In this document: positions 10,995 to 20,966 of the stretch, piece after piece | Position numbering within the stretch: position 1 is the stretch's first letter | Layout of the letters: each line of letters starts with the position of its first letter | Assembly: GCA_963799485.1 (NCBI GenBank) | Contig: CAWCXJ010000004.1 | Span: 181,470 to 245,469, forward strand | Direction: 5' to 3' | Length of the DNA: 64,000 bases | Origin: an uncultured Trueperaceae bacterium | GTDB taxonomy: Bacteria > Deinococcota > Deinococci > Deinococcales > Trueperaceae | Notes under the pieces: model-generated | What the model saw: the letters and a program-made list of their open reading frames with translations, nothing else | What the model was told of the DNA's origin: nothing | Database searches by the model: none | Position numbers and translations under genes: made by a program

Positions 10995-11177
10995 ATGACC
11001 AAAAATGAAGCACGTGAAATTTTGGCTGAAACCTGGCGGTTCAGCCGCGTCGGTGAACTTATCGCCTTACGCGAAGTCGAGCTTATCGAAGCGGTGCGCG
11101 ACCACGAAACCGCGCGTTCAGCCGGGCCGTCTACGCCCCTGAACTACGCCCACCCGCAACCGCTGCGCTCGTCGTAA
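10995..11177 (+). CDS. Small hypothetical protein (60 aa)
   Basis: AAGGAGG SD with normal spacing. Helical N-terminal half. Confidence 0.7.
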   Translation: MTKNEAREILAETWRFSRVGELIALREVELIEAVRDHETARSAGPSTPLNYAHPQPLRSS

Positions 11178-11208
11178 GATTCCGTCCAGAGTTCTAGTTA
11201 CCGGGGTT

Positions 11209-13656
11209 CTAGTTATAGGTCGGGCGCAGTTCCTGAGTTACTCTGTGGAGCTGCGCCCTTACGAGCGGCAGCCGCACATCGCCGGTAGGGAGCGCGGCGT
11301 GTGTGGCCTGCCACAACTCGAGGTCGTCTTTAAGCGTTTCGGCAAGTGGCAACAGCGCCTCGGCGTCGCCGGAATGAAGGGCGCTCTGCCGTAACCGCTC
11401 TTCGAGATAAAGCCGTGCCTCACGGACGCCGGGAGCGTCGCTCGCTTCGAGGAGCGGCCCCCGGTAAAGCTCGAGCGCCGCTCTTACGTCGCCCGTTGCA
11501 ATCGCCGCCTCGCAGTCGCCTGCATCGAAGGTAAACGGCACGGTGATACGGTACGGCTCAGGATGTGCGCTGATCGGCACAAGCACCCGCAACCGTGAAA
11601 CTGCTGAGCGCAGCGCCACGAGCGTCGTATCCTCGTCGTCGTAAAGGCAGCTGTGTAAAACTTCGGGAGTCAACCCTTGGGGGTGCAGGGCGAGCAGCAC
11701 GAGGGTTTCCAGCGCCCGTTCGCTGAGCGCGAGGCGCTTGTCGTTGAACCATACTTCCGCCCGCCCCAAAACCTTGATGTGTAGCGGCACATGCTGAGCC
11801 GCGAGTGTACTCCAAACGCTTGCGAACTCGGTCTCAGGGCCACAAAAGAGCCGGAAGCCGACAGGCGAAAGTGCCTTGAGCGATTCTTGCAACGTCGCGC
11901 TGAGTTCACTAAAACGTAGCGCGCCGGTCTTGAGTAGGTGCAGCGCTGCCATGATTCGGAACGACGCCTCGATGTCCGGAGCCGCGAGCACTCTCATCAG
12001 GTAACTGCGCGCCGCCTTGGGGTTCTGAACTGCGTAAACCATCCCGAGCGCCAGGAACGCCGGGAGCGTGACGAAATCGTCCTCACCGGTCGTCAGGGTT
12101 ACGGCGTACTGCGCCTTGGCGAGCGCTTCGTCTACTTTTCCTCGCTCGAGCAAAATCCGTACCAGCGGTACAGTCGCACCACCTATCAGCCAGCGCGGGC
12201 TACGCTCGAGGTTTTCGGCAGCCAGCTTTTCTGCTTCCCTCAAATTGCCCAAGACAAGTTCGAGATTTGCCAGCGTAGTACGAATATAGGTTGCTACACT
12301 GAGTTCTGCGGAATCAGCGGCAGCTTTAGCTTCTAAAAGAATTTCGTGTAACCCGTTGATCTGCCCCGCTATGATGTGAGAGCTTGCATAGAAGTAAAGA
12401 AGATGTAGCCGCGCTGTGCCGTCCTGAACCCTCTTTTTTTCAAAAGTCTGGAGCGCCCAATCACTCCAGTGGGCTGCCTCCTCGAATTTTCCCAAATAGT
12501 TGAGGCTTTCTGCAAGCGCCCCAGCATTGCGTGTAACCTCATAGGGGCGACCAACTGTTTCAGCAAGCTTGACACTCTGTTGCAAGATTGTTGCGCCTAC
12601 TTTTCCGTCTATGTGCAACCGACCAAGTTGATAAAGTGTAAGCGGTGTCGTCATTGCTGCTGCTGCGCGTTGGGCTTGGGCGAAACTCTCTTCTGGGTCG
12701 GGAAGCATACCCGCATAGCGGGCGCGCAGTTCCGGCGCTTCGTTGTCTTCCAAATAGGCTTCGATAGCAGGCAGTATATGGCTGTAGTCCGACTGACTAA
12801 AGCCGGCGACCAGCCGCCACTCGAGCACCTTTTCGCCGCCTTGATAGCGGTCGTCGAGGCTTTCGAGCAGCAAGTGCAGCCGTCCGAGTAACCCTTGCTC
12901 CAGGTACACTGGCCCGGCCTCACCGATGAGTTCGGAAACCTGTTCGGGTACACTCATAACGGCAAGCTCGAGCGCCTCGATATGGCGACCGAGTTTTTGC
13001 AACACCTCGAGCAAAACACCCGGCGCTACCAGCGCTTCGTTGCCCGGTGCGGTGAGTGGGCCCTGCGCCGAGGGAACGTGCGGCAACGGTATCCCGCGGA
13101 GGCGGCAGACGCTGTTCATGAAGGTCAGGTACGCACCCCCCGAAGAGCGCCATAAGGTGCGCTTTTCGTCTTCGCTGAGAAAATGACCTGCCAGGAGTTC
13201 GGCTTCGTCCGGGGTGAGCGCGAGCTCCTCGCGGCGGAGGTGCAACCCAGCAAAGGTCGCGTCCGTGCTGTTCGTCACCAAGATAGGCTTCGCGCCTACC
13301 TCGGCAAGCTCGAGTAACGAATCACGAAAAAGGGGGGTGTAGTCGGCGTTGGTACAAGCAATCGTCATGCCGCCGAGCAGGGGCAGCCGTTTTCGCAAAA
13401 CCTCGATACTGTAGCTAAAGGGCAGTGCGTGAGGTAAGAAGTTGGCCTCGAGCGCTGTATTTACCGCGTCTGCCAGGCGGTTGCCGATAGCCACCGCGTC
13501 GCTTGCCTCGGTAGGGGTGAGTTGCAACCAGGCGAGCCTTTGGGTATGACTGAGCGCCTCGAGCAAAAAGGGCGCGCCGTAGGCCTCGCCCCCTTCGATT
13601 AAAACAGGGCCGGGATGGGCGCGAAGTTTCGCTAATAATCTCTGAGTCCAGATCAC
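11209..13656 (-). CDS. Large MalT/STAND-like transcriptional regulator (degenerate NTPase, TPR-like, wHTH, BTAD)
   Basis: N-terminal VLIEGGEAYG and AWLQLT..D..L, resembling MalT with a degenerate P-loop. Central Ala/Leu helical repeats. C-terminal IKVLG..LVLLALHPQG..LRSAVSRLR..ALELYRGPLL is typical of wHTH-BTAD. Confidence 0.75.
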   Translation of the reverse strand: MIWTQRLLAKLRAHPGPVLIEGGEAYGAPFLLEALSHTQRLAWLQLTPTEASDAVAIGNRLADAVNTALEANFLPHALPFSYSIEVLRKRLPLLGGMTIACTNADYTPLFRDSLLELAEVGAKPILVTNSTDATFAGLHLRREELALTPDEAELLAGHFLSEDEKRTLWRSSGGAYLTFMNSVCRLRGIPLPHVPSAQGPLTAPGNEALVAPGVLLEVLQKLGRHIEALELAVMSVPEQVSELIGEAGPVYLEQGLLGRLHLLLESLDDRYQGGEKVLEWRLVAGFSQSDYSHILPAIEAYLEDNEAPELRARYAGMLPDPEESFAQAQRAAAAMTTPLTLYQLGRLHIDGKVGATILQQSVKLAETVGRPYEVTRNAGALAESLNYLGKFEEAAHWSDWALQTFEKKRVQDGTARLHLLYFYASSHIIAGQINGLHEILLEAKAAADSAELSVATYIRTTLANLELVLGNLREAEKLAAENLERSPRWLIGGATVPLVRILLERGKVDEALAKAQYAVTLTTGEDDFVTLPAFLALGMVYAVQNPKAARSYLMRVLAAPDIEASFRIMAALHLLKTGALRFSELSATLQESLKALSPVGFRLFCGPETEFASVWSTLAAQHVPLHIKVLGRAEVWFNDKRLALSERALETLVLLALHPQGLTPEVLHSCLYDDEDTTLVALRSAVSRLRVLVPISAHPEPYRITVPFTFDAGDCEAAIATGDVRAALELYRGPLLEASDAPGVREARLYLEERLRQSALHSGDAEALLPLAETLKDDLELWQATHAALPTGDVRLPLVRAQLHRVTQELRPTYN

Positions 13657-13832
13657 CGCACTACACTCTTTTGGTCGCTAAACAGGTTACCTTTTTGATC
13701 GACAGCTCTCACGTTAACCCCCCGGTCGTTTGGGTGAGTATAGCAGGTCTACCGCACCCCGGCATAGGTCGACCGGTCTGCGCCGAACTGTGCCAAGTTC
13801 AACACTGCTGGGGCGTCATGTAAAGGCCGCCG

Positions 13833-14906
13833 TTACGCCGCGAGCCGGTCACGGCCCGCTTGTTTGGCGCGGTACAACGCGCGGTCGGCTCTGGCGATCA
13901 GCGTTTCGGGGGTGTCGCCGGGGCGGTAAACGCTAACGCCGATAGAAACGGTGACGAGGTGTTCGCCGGCGACAGGGTCGGCGCGAACGGCGTAAAGAAG
14001 TCGTTCACCGAGTTGCTGCGCCCCATAGAGTTCCGTTTGCGGCGCGACCACGACAAATTCTTCGCCTCCCCAGCGGCCTAAGGTGTTCCCGGCCCGGAGT
14101 TCGCCCCGCAAACGGCGGGCGATTTCCCGCAGCACCTTGTCTCCGGTGGGATGACCAAACCGGTCGTTGAGGCGCTTGAAATGGTCGATGTCGATGACGA
14201 GCGCGGCGCAGGGCGTTCCGTTCCGGCTCGCCTGGGCAATCGCGGTGTCGAGGACGGTCTCGAGCTGACGCCGGTTGGGTAAATCGGTCAAAAAGTCGTG
14301 GTTGGCCAACCGCTGAAACCAAGCCGCGTCCTGACGTACCTGCGTGAGTTCGCCGTCGATCCACATCGAGGCGCTGACGAAAGAGAGTAGAAGCGCGTGA
14401 GCTACGGCAAAGGTAGCTGCGAAGACGAGCCCGTCGAAAAGGTTCGGGCCGCCTAGCGTCATCAGGGCGTGCGGCAGGTTGAGGAGCGAAAAAACGAGAA
14501 GCACGGTGCCTGCTTGTAATAGCGCCTGCGGCCCCGGCAGACGGTTAAAAAACTGAACGTAAAGTGCAGGTAAAAGGAGCACGCTGGCGACGATAAGCTG
14601 CTGCGCCAGCCGTGACGGGTAGGCGAAGTAAAACGCGTAAACCCAGCCGACGAGCAGTAGGGTGAGATACAAGTACGGCGCGGCGACGAGCAACACCCGC
14701 TGCCGTTTGCGCTTGCTAAAGAGCGTAATAAGGTCAAAGACGACGACCAAAAAGAGGGTGAGGTTGATGCCGCTCACGCCTACCCGCGCGAACTCGAGCA
14801 CAGCGCCCACACTACCGAGTACGAGCGTGCCCCAGACGAGCGCAGTTTGTGACCAACGCGGATAGTTCTGCGGCTTTTCTGAAGGAGAGTCGGATAGCGT
14901 CGTCAT
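13833..14906 (-). CDS. Membrane-bound diguanylate cyclase
   Basis: About 6 hydrophobic segments, then DFLTDLPNRR, DIDHFKRLND.FGH..GD and RWGGEEF. Start placed at MTTLSD. Confidence 0.9.
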   Translation of the reverse strand: MTTLSDSPSEKPQNYPRWSQTALVWGTLVLGSVGAVLEFARVGVSGINLTLFLVVVFDLITLFSKRKRQRVLLVAAPYLYLTLLLVGWVYAFYFAYPSRLAQQLIVASVLLLPALYVQFFNRLPGPQALLQAGTVLLVFSLLNLPHALMTLGGPNLFDGLVFAATFAVAHALLLSFVSASMWIDGELTQVRQDAAWFQRLANHDFLTDLPNRRQLETVLDTAIAQASRNGTPCAALVIDIDHFKRLNDRFGHPTGDKVLREIARRLRGELRAGNTLGRWGGEEFVVVAPQTELYGAQQLGERLLYAVRADPVAGEHLVTVSIGVSVYRPGDTPETLIARADRALYRAKQAGRDRLAA

Positions 14907-15305
14907 AAAGAGGAGAACACAACGTCTTTTGGAGTATACCTGCCTGACGTCCACACGCACCCGACATTGAGGCTTCGTAAAGCTACCTTTTGCAACTTGC
15001 TGAAGTCGCATGTTTGGCTTACCAATACCCTATATTCAGCACGGAACAAGCGGAAACCTGGTAACCTTCGCCTGGCGCAGCCCGATGTATACCCCTGAAT
15101 AAATCCGCCTCAAGCGATGGCTTGAACGCCCTGGCTACTGCTGCTGTCTGTTAGTTTATAGCTCAAAAAGTCTAAACAAACAAAAACTAACAACAAAATC
15201 CATAAATTGTCCACTGCTTGCCGTTTACTTCTTTCGGCGTCCATAGTATCCTCTTGCATATTACGTCGTTAGGACGTCACGGAAATGACGTCATGAAAGG
15301 AACTT

Positions 15306-16502
15306 ATGTCTTTTAGCTCGAGTCGTGTCTATATGCCTACGCACAACCAGCGCGCCGTACTCGACCTTGTAAGAACCCGGGGGCCCATCTCGAGAGCCGA
15401 TATCGTTCGGCTGTCCGGGCTGACCTTCCCGTCGGTTTCGCGAATTATCGGTGAACTTATCGAACGCGACCTCGTAGCGGAGAAGCGGCAGCGGCGCGGC
15501 GGTATGGGTAAACCACCGACCGAACTCGAGGTCAATCCCAAAAGTGCCTTTTCAGTCGGTCTCAACTTGGACCGCGACCAGCTCTCCGCCGTGCTCGTCG
15601 ATCTTTCAGGCAAGGTACTCGCGCGGCGTCACGCTATGCTAACAGACCCCGGCCCCAAAGAGGTGCTGCCGCTGATGGTGAGCGCTACCGAAGCGCTGCT
15701 CGAGGGGCAGGACGTTCCCAAGCGGTTGCTTTTAGGGATCGGCGTAGGGATGCCCACCCCGCTTCATACCGATAAAGTGACCGCTAACCTCCCCGACGAC
15801 CTCGCTGAGTGGGAGAGCGTGTCCGTGACTTCGACGCTCGGTAAGCAGTTCGGGTGCCCCGTCCTGCTGGAAAATAATGCGACGGCGGCAGCGATCGGTG
15901 AACGCTGGTACGGTGCCGGTTGCAACATCAAAGACTTTTTCTTCGTGTTTTTTGCTTATGGCGTCGGGGGCGGCGTGATTCTAGGCGGTCAGCCGCACCT
16001 CGGTTACAGAGGTTTCGGCGGCGAGTTGGGGCTCCTCCCGGTTCGTAAGTTTCAAAAAGGCCAACCTCGTGACACCTGTTTTTACGCCTCCCCCGGTGAA
16101 CTTGTAAAGCAGCTGAGAGAAACGGGTGAAAACGCTACGGTAGCCGACCTCGAGAAACTTTACGACGCGGGTAACGAAACCGTATCGGCGTGGCTCGACG
16201 CCGCTGCCGACGTGCTCGTGCCCGCGCTCGTTTACGCCGAGTGTCTGCTCGACCCGGAGGCGATTATCTTTGGTGGACGGCTTCCGGCAAAACTCATGGA
16301 CACGCTCATCGCCAAAATCAGCGAACGGTTGCCTGAGTACCGTCACGAGGCCAAACCGTATGGGCCGAGACTGCTACGCGGCAGTACCGGCGAAGACGCC
16401 GCGGCGCTCGGGGCCGCGACGATTCCCGTCTACCGGGCGATGACCCCCGACCCGACGCCGGACGGTATCTACCGCTCCGCCGTCTTGCAAGAAAGTTACT
16501 AG
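15306..16502 (+). CDS. ROK family transcriptional regulator
   Basis: N-terminal ISRADI..SGLTFPSVSRI HTH, LENNATAAAIGE, GVGGG, GGELG. Confidence 0.92.
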   Translation: MSFSSSRVYMPTHNQRAVLDLVRTRGPISRADIVRLSGLTFPSVSRIIGELIERDLVAEKRQRRGGMGKPPTELEVNPKSAFSVGLNLDRDQLSAVLVDLSGKVLARRHAMLTDPGPKEVLPLMVSATEALLEGQDVPKRLLLGIGVGMPTPLHTDKVTANLPDDLAEWESVSVTSTLGKQFGCPVLLENNATAAAIGERWYGAGCNIKDFFFVFFAYGVGGGVILGGQPHLGYRGFGGELGLLPVRKFQKGQPRDTCFYASPGELVKQLRETGENATVADLEKLYDAGNETVSAWLDAAADVLVPALVYAECLLDPEAIIFGGRLPAKLMDTLIAKISERLPEYRHEAKPYGPRLLRGSTGEDAAALGAATIPVYRAMTPDPTPDGIYRSAVLQESY

Positions 16503-16592
16503 CTGCCGGGATAGTGAGCATTCAGTACGGTATCAAAACGCTGGCTCGAGCCGCAGGAACGCTTGCAAAACAGCACTGGGCGGCGTGCTGAG

Positions 16593-17915
16593 ATGAACCC
16601 GGCACGCCCGAATATCCTCTGCCCGAATATCCTCTATGTGCACTCGCACGATACCGGGCGCTACCTCCAGCCCTACGGCTACGCGGTGAGGACGCCGCAG
16701 CTTCAGCGCCTTGCCGAAGAGGGGGTGCTGTTTACACGGGCGTTCGCCGCTGCGCCGACGTGTTCCCCCTCGCGGGCCGCGCTCTTGACCGGCGAGTCGC
16801 CGCATAACAGCGGCATGATGGGGTTGGCGCACCGGGGCTGGCGCTTAAACGACCCGTCGCGTCACCTCGCTCACGTGTTAAAAAACGCGGGCTACCACAC
16901 GGCCCTGGCCGGGGTGCAGCACCTCGCACCCGACCCCGCCGAACTCGGTTACCGCGCCGTGCTCAAAACCAAAAGCAACCACGCGAAAGACGTCGCGGGG
17001 GCAGCGGAGAGGTTTTTGGGGCGACCTCAGCGCAAACCGTTCTTTTTAGATGTGGGATTCGTCGAAACGCACCTTTTACCCTACGGAGACTCGAGCTTTG
17101 CGCACGCGCGCGGCGACCCCCGCTACGTGCGCCCGTTGCCGCCGCTTCCCGACACCCCCGAAACCCGTCAAGACGTGGCAGACTTCGGCGTCGCCGTCGG
17201 GGTTGTCGATGAGGCGGCCCTGCGCGTGCTGGGGGCGCTCGAGCACCACGGACTTGCTGAAACTACGCTGGTCATTTACACGACCGACCACGGCCCGCCG
17301 CTACCGGGCATGAAAGGGACGCTCACCGACCACGGCCTGGGCGTTTCTCTCATCATGCGCGGCCCCGGTTTTTCGGGCGGACAGGTTCTTACGCCGCCGG
17401 TCTCGCAGCTCGACGTTTTTCCGACGCTCTGCGAGCTGGCGGGTTTGGCGCCGCCCACCTGGTTACAGGGGCGTTCGCTGCTGCCGCTCTTGCGCGGTGA
17501 CGCCGACCTTCACCCCAAGCTTCACGACGCGATTTTCGGCGAAACGACGCACCACGTCGCCTATGAGCCGCAGCGTTCGGTGCGTACCGAAGGCTACCGC
17601 TACGTCCGGCAGTTCAGCACGCGGGGTCGCCCGGTTCCCTCGAACACCGATGACAGCGCCAGCAAAGCCCTCTGGCTGGCGCGCGGTTGGTTGGAGCAGC
17701 CGGTCCCGCAAGAGCGGTTGTTCGACCTCACCTTCGACCCCGGCGAAGCGCACAACGTCGCAGCCGAACCCAAGTACCGGGAAACGCTCACGGCGGCGCG
17801 GCAGCTGCTGCAAAGCTGGATGGAAGAAACGGACGACCCACTCTTATCCGGCGACGTTTTGGTACCTCCCGGTACCCGCACGAAAGACCCGGACGCACTC
17901 AGTCCTTCGGATTGA
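16593..17915 (+). CDS. Sulfatase (Cys-type)
   Basis: PNILY.HSHD, CSPSRAALLTG (CxPxR formylglycine motif), TTDHG. Confidence 0.92.
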   Translation: MNPARPNILCPNILYVHSHDTGRYLQPYGYAVRTPQLQRLAEEGVLFTRAFAAAPTCSPSRAALLTGESPHNSGMMGLAHRGWRLNDPSRHLAHVLKNAGYHTALAGVQHLAPDPAELGYRAVLKTKSNHAKDVAGAAERFLGRPQRKPFFLDVGFVETHLLPYGDSSFAHARGDPRYVRPLPPLPDTPETRQDVADFGVAVGVVDEAALRVLGALEHHGLAETTLVIYTTDHGPPLPGMKGTLTDHGLGVSLIMRGPGFSGGQVLTPPVSQLDVFPTLCELAGLAPPTWLQGRSLLPLLRGDADLHPKLHDAIFGETTHHVAYEPQRSVRTEGYRYVRQFSTRGRPVPSNTDDSASKALWLARGWLEQPVPQERLFDLTFDPGEAHNVAAEPKYRETLTAARQLLQSWMEETDDPLLSGDVLVPPGTRTKDPDALSPSD

Positions 17916-18034
17916 CCGAACGACCCGGATATTTCAACTCGCTCGGTTTGGTCGTCCCCCGCAGATCCAGCGGCTGTTTACAACTTGGGTCTTCTGACAG
18001 TAAAGTCGGCTGCCGAGCGCGGTAGAGTAACAAG

Positions 18035-18673
18035 ATGTTGGGGTGGATTTACAGTACGACCTCGGCGCTAGGTTATCCGGGAATTGCGCTCCTGATGTTT
18101 CTCGAGAACATTTTCCCGCCGCTGCCCTCCGAACTCATCATGCCGCTCGCGGGGTTTGCCGCCGCCCAGGGCGACCTCTCGTTTTTCGGGGTGGTTTTAG
18201 CGGGGTCACTCGGGGCGCTTTTGGGGCAGCTGCCCTACTACGCGCTGGCCTACCGGGTCGGTAGAAAGACGCTCTTTTTATGGGCTGAGCGTTACGGGCG
18301 CTGGTTTACGCTCTCGCGCCACGACCTGGAGCGCGCCGACCGCTGGTTCGAACGTTACGGGCGCTGGGCGGTCTTTTTCGGTCGTCTGGTACCGGGACTC
18401 CGGATGCTGATCCCCATTCCGGCGGGGTTAAGCCGGATGCCCGTTGCCGTATTTTTACTCTACTCGCTTTTCGGGACGGTACTCTGGACGGCGCTGCTGG
18501 TGTTTTTAGGGTTTATCTTGAGGCAAAACTATCATCTCGTCGGTCGCTACCTCGGTATAGCGACCTTCTGGATCGCCGGGCTTGCGCTCCTGGGGCTGCT
18601 CGGCTGGTTTTCCCGGCGGTTTTTGCAGCGTTTTTTACGGCGCTTTTTACGGCACCGCTCGAGAAAAACCTAG
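18035..18673 (+). CDS. DedA family membrane protein
   Basis: LENIFPPLPSE..PLAG and FFGRLVPGLR..IPAG. Confidence 0.92.
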   Translation: MLGWIYSTTSALGYPGIALLMFLENIFPPLPSELIMPLAGFAAAQGDLSFFGVVLAGSLGALLGQLPYYALAYRVGRKTLFLWAERYGRWFTLSRHDLERADRWFERYGRWAVFFGRLVPGLRMLIPIPAGLSRMPVAVFLLYSLFGTVLWTALLVFLGFILRQNYHLVGRYLGIATFWIAGLALLGLLGWFSRRFLQRFLRRFLRHRSRKT

Positions 18674-18728
18674 ACCGGTCAGGCTTGGCAGCCTAGCTTT
18701 TCGCGTCGGTCGTCCTCCGTGCGCGTAA

Positions 18729-19250
18729 TTATAAGCGGGCGAGCGCCGCGAGCTGCTCTTGCTGCGCCGCCGTCAGCTTGAGCTGCTGCTCGAGCAGCGC
18801 GTCCATCTTTTTGTGCAACGCTAAAATCTCGAGTTCGGCTTTGAGGTTGACCTCATAATCGTGTGCGGCCTCCAGGCGGTCTTTGGCTGCCTGACGGTTT
18901 TGCGACATCATAATTAGCGGAGCCTGCAGCGCCGCAATCATCGACAACACGAGGTTGAGTAAAATATAAGGGTAGGGGTCGAAAGCATCTCCCGCACGTG
19001 CCAGCAGCAGGGTGTTCAGGGTCGTCCACAAAACCAGAATGACAACGAAAATCCCAATAAACGTCCACGAACCGACAAACGCCGCCACGCGGTCGGCTGA
19101 GCGTTGCCCGAAGGTTAGTTTTTCGGCAAATTGGCGGTTGGTATCGCGGCTGACGTGTTTGCGCTCGTCCAAGCGTTCCACCACCCACGCTTCGCTCTCT
19201 CCTAAATCGGTAAGGGTTCGCCTCGCCGCTTCCGGCTCGTCGGTATTCAT
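18729..19250 (-). CDS. DUF1003 membrane protein
   Basis: ADRVAAFVGSW and FDPYPYILLNLVLSMIAALQAPLIMMSQNRQ. Confidence 0.9.
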   Translation of the reverse strand: MNTDEPEAARRTLTDLGESEAWVVERLDERKHVSRDTNRQFAEKLTFGQRSADRVAAFVGSWTFIGIFVVILVLWTTLNTLLLARAGDAFDPYPYILLNLVLSMIAALQAPLIMMSQNRQAAKDRLEAAHDYEVNLKAELEILALHKKMDALLEQQLKLTAAQQEQLAALARL

Positions 19251-19386
19251 AGCGCAAGTATACGCGCGTACCGGAAAACCAACCTGAATTTCGGGCCGAG
19301 GGCTTAGCCCATAGTTTTACGGCGATTACCCATTTCCAAAAATCTTTCTAAAAATCACCCGACTGAACTTCGTTAAACTGTGTCTT

Positions 19387-20055
19387 ATGCCGGTCTTTAC
19401 CTCAGCGCGTCAGCGGGTGCTCGAGACCCTCGCCGCCCACATCCTGAACACGCCTTCGCCCTTCGTTCTCCGCGTCGCCATCGACGGCGTAGACGGGGCC
19501 GGGAAGACGCACTTTGCGGGTGAACTGGGGCCCCTTCTAGCGGCGTCCGGACGTGACATCATCCGCGCTTCGGTAGACGGCTTTCATCACCCTAAAGCGG
19601 TGCGTTACCGGCTGGGACGCAGTTCTCCGGAAGGGTTTTACGGCGATTCGTACGATTACGGGGCGTTCAAAGAAGTTTTACTAGGGCCTCTTAGTCCCGG
19701 TGGTTCAGGACTTTATCGCACGGCTATTCACGATGTCGAGACCGAAAAGTCCGTTTCTGTACCGGAACAAAAAGCCGAGGCGGGCGCAATTCTACTGCTC
19801 GACGGAATATTCTTGCACCGCCCGGAGCTGCGCGAGTATTGGGACGTGTCGGTGTGGCTCGAGACCCCCTTCGGCGTGTCTTATCCGCGTATGGCGGAGC
19901 GTGACGACACTTCGCCCGACCCGGACGCCCCGCAAAACCGGCGTTACGTCGAGGGACAAAAGCTCTACCTGACCGAAAGTACACCGCACCGTCACGCAAC
20001 CTTTTTCATCGACAACAGCGACTTGAGCGCCCCTTATTTTGCCCGTAAAAGCTAA
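19387..20055 (+). CDS. Uridine kinase-like P-loop kinase
   Basis: VAIDGVDGAGKT, ASVDGFH, LDGIFL.RPEL. Confidence 0.8.
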   Translation: MPVFTSARQRVLETLAAHILNTPSPFVLRVAIDGVDGAGKTHFAGELGPLLAASGRDIIRASVDGFHHPKAVRYRLGRSSPEGFYGDSYDYGAFKEVLLGPLSPGGSGLYRTAIHDVETEKSVSVPEQKAEAGAILLLDGIFLHRPELREYWDVSVWLETPFGVSYPRMAERDDTSPDPDAPQNRRYVEGQKLYLTESTPHRHATFFIDNSDLSAPYFARKS

Positions 20056-20966
20056 GCTGACGCCGCAACCGCTTCAGCGCCGTAACTTACTCCCGTCAGC
20101 TCTTCCGACACGCGCCAGAGCCGCTCGGCGAGAGCGGGATTTTGTGCGTCCTGAGACATGCCGACCTTTTCGGGATACCCACGCATCTCCTGAAACCCGT
20201 CCGGGCCGTAATAATCGTTGGGCCCAACGTCCGGCGCGGTCGCCGCGTAGAGCGTCGGCAGTGCGCCCATCTCGGGTTTTTGACCGAGTACCGGGTTGAG
20301 GTAGCGAAACACGCCGGAGGTCGCCTGCAAATTCGTGCCGGTGTACCCCGGATGCGCCGCCGCCGCGAGTGCGTCGATCTTTTCCTGCGTAAAGTACACG
20401 CTCAGCTGCTGCATAAAGAGCAGATTGGCGAGCTTGCTCTGCCCATACGCGGCCCACGGTTTGTAGCCTTTTTCGGCCTGCAAGTTGTCGAACTCGAGCT
20501 TGCCCATTCGGTGTGCGCCGCTGCTCACGCTGACGACTCTCGCCCCCGGCGTCTTCCGGATTTGCGGCAGCAACAGCCCGGTCAGCGCAAAGTGCCCCAA
20601 ATGGTTGGCCCCGAACTGAAGCTCGAAACCGTCTTTCGTTTTGCTAAACGGTGGCACCATCACCCCGGCGTTGTTGATGAGCAGCTCGAGCTTGTCATAC
20701 TCGTTGCCGAACGCCTCGGCAAAGGCGTGAACGGATTTGAGGTCGGCAAGGTCGAGTTTGATTACCGTGAGGTTTGCACCCGGAACCGCTGCGCGGATGC
20801 TGTCGGCGGCGAGGTCGGCTTTTTGCAGATTACGGCACGCCATCACCACCTCGGCACCCTTTACGGCGAGCGCCTTCGCCGTTTCAAAACCAATCCCGCT
20901 GTTCGCCCCGGTAACGACGGCGACGCGGTTCGTTTGTGAAGGGATATTTGCAGCGGTCCATGACAT
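20052..20966 (-). CDS. SDR oxidoreductase (retinol-DH/WWOX-like)
   Basis: TGANSGIG, LINNAG, NHLGHF, YGQSKLAN. Confidence 0.92.
   Translation of the reverse strand: MSWTAANIPSQTNRVAVVTGANSGIGFETAKALAVKGAEVVMACRNLQKADLAADSIRAAVPGANLTVIKLDLADLKSVHAFAEAFGNEYDKLELLINNAGVMVPPFSKTKDGFELQFGANHLGHFALTGLLLPQIRKTPGARVVSVSSGAHRMGKLEFDNLQAEKGYKPWAAYGQSKLANLLFMQQLSVYFTQEKIDALAAAAHPGYTGTNLQATSGVFRYLNPVLGQKPEMGALPTLYAATAPDVGPNDYYGPDGFQEMRGYPEKVGMSQDAQNPALAERLWRVSEELTGVSYGAEAVAASA

Noticed and set aside
10742..11008. 88-aa plus-strand ORF in the track
   Set aside because: It is the antisense shadow of the SD-led peptide gene and the divergent promoter, and has no SD of its own.
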